64,000 nucleotides of DNA from Lytechinus pictus. Lineage: Eukaryota. The DNA lies in the NCBI RefSeq assembly GCF_037042905.1, contig NC_087257.1:124001-188000 (forward strand). The letters are read 5' to 3'. The notes below the pieces were generated by a model. It was not told the origin of the DNA. It worked only from the letters and a program-made list of their open reading frames with translations, and did not search any database. Position numbers and translations under genes: made by a program. Of this stretch, positions 63,786 through 64,000 are shown piece after piece; the first letter of the stretch is position 1, and each line of letters starts with the position of its first letter.

Positions 63786-64000
63786 AAAACAAGGAGATAA
63801 AGAAAATTAAGAGACAATATGTTATCCTGGGGAAATGGTTGCCCGTCCAAAAATTGAACAAACTGTTTAAAACAGCTTCTAATAAATCTTTTATCTATCT
63901 ATGCCTAATAGTGTCGAGCTGTTCCGGTCATATTTATTTTTATCATTCCATTTCCTTCTATTTTTTTAGGGGGGGGGGGTGAAGGGGGGGGGGGGGGCTC

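Overview
Repeat-dense, AT-rich eukaryotic (animal) DNA. The poly-G-rich MITE families look echinoderm/sea-urchin-like, but that is inference only. No intact host gene could be supported. Contents: (1) the 5' part of a decayed minus-strand Ty3/Gypsy element (1-5395) whose ~780-codon Gag starts with a ComEA-like helix-hairpin-helix domain, with its LTR/PBS/leader caught in a 2099-bp tandem duplication. (2) A ~2.8-kb foldback/MULE-like element with a 9- or 11-bp TSD. (3) A ~6.6-kb block present twice (13565-20160 and 49366-56180). It carries a hAT-type TIR, subterminal repeats and a decayed spliced gene that joins a hAT-transposase-like N-terminus to an OTU protease motif. (4) A 5'-truncated L1/Tx1 LINE at an inversion junction. 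(5) A 180-bp satellite with a piggyBac-type MITE. (6) A full-length, very young Gmr1-like Gypsy element (28285-35524; PR-INT-RT-RH order) with one frameshift at the end of RNase H. (7) Several L2/Crack-type LINE fragments, small MITEs and low-complexity tracts. The two most novel-looking signals are the HhH-Gag fusion and the hAT-N-terminus/OTU gene. All calls are by eye, without database searches.
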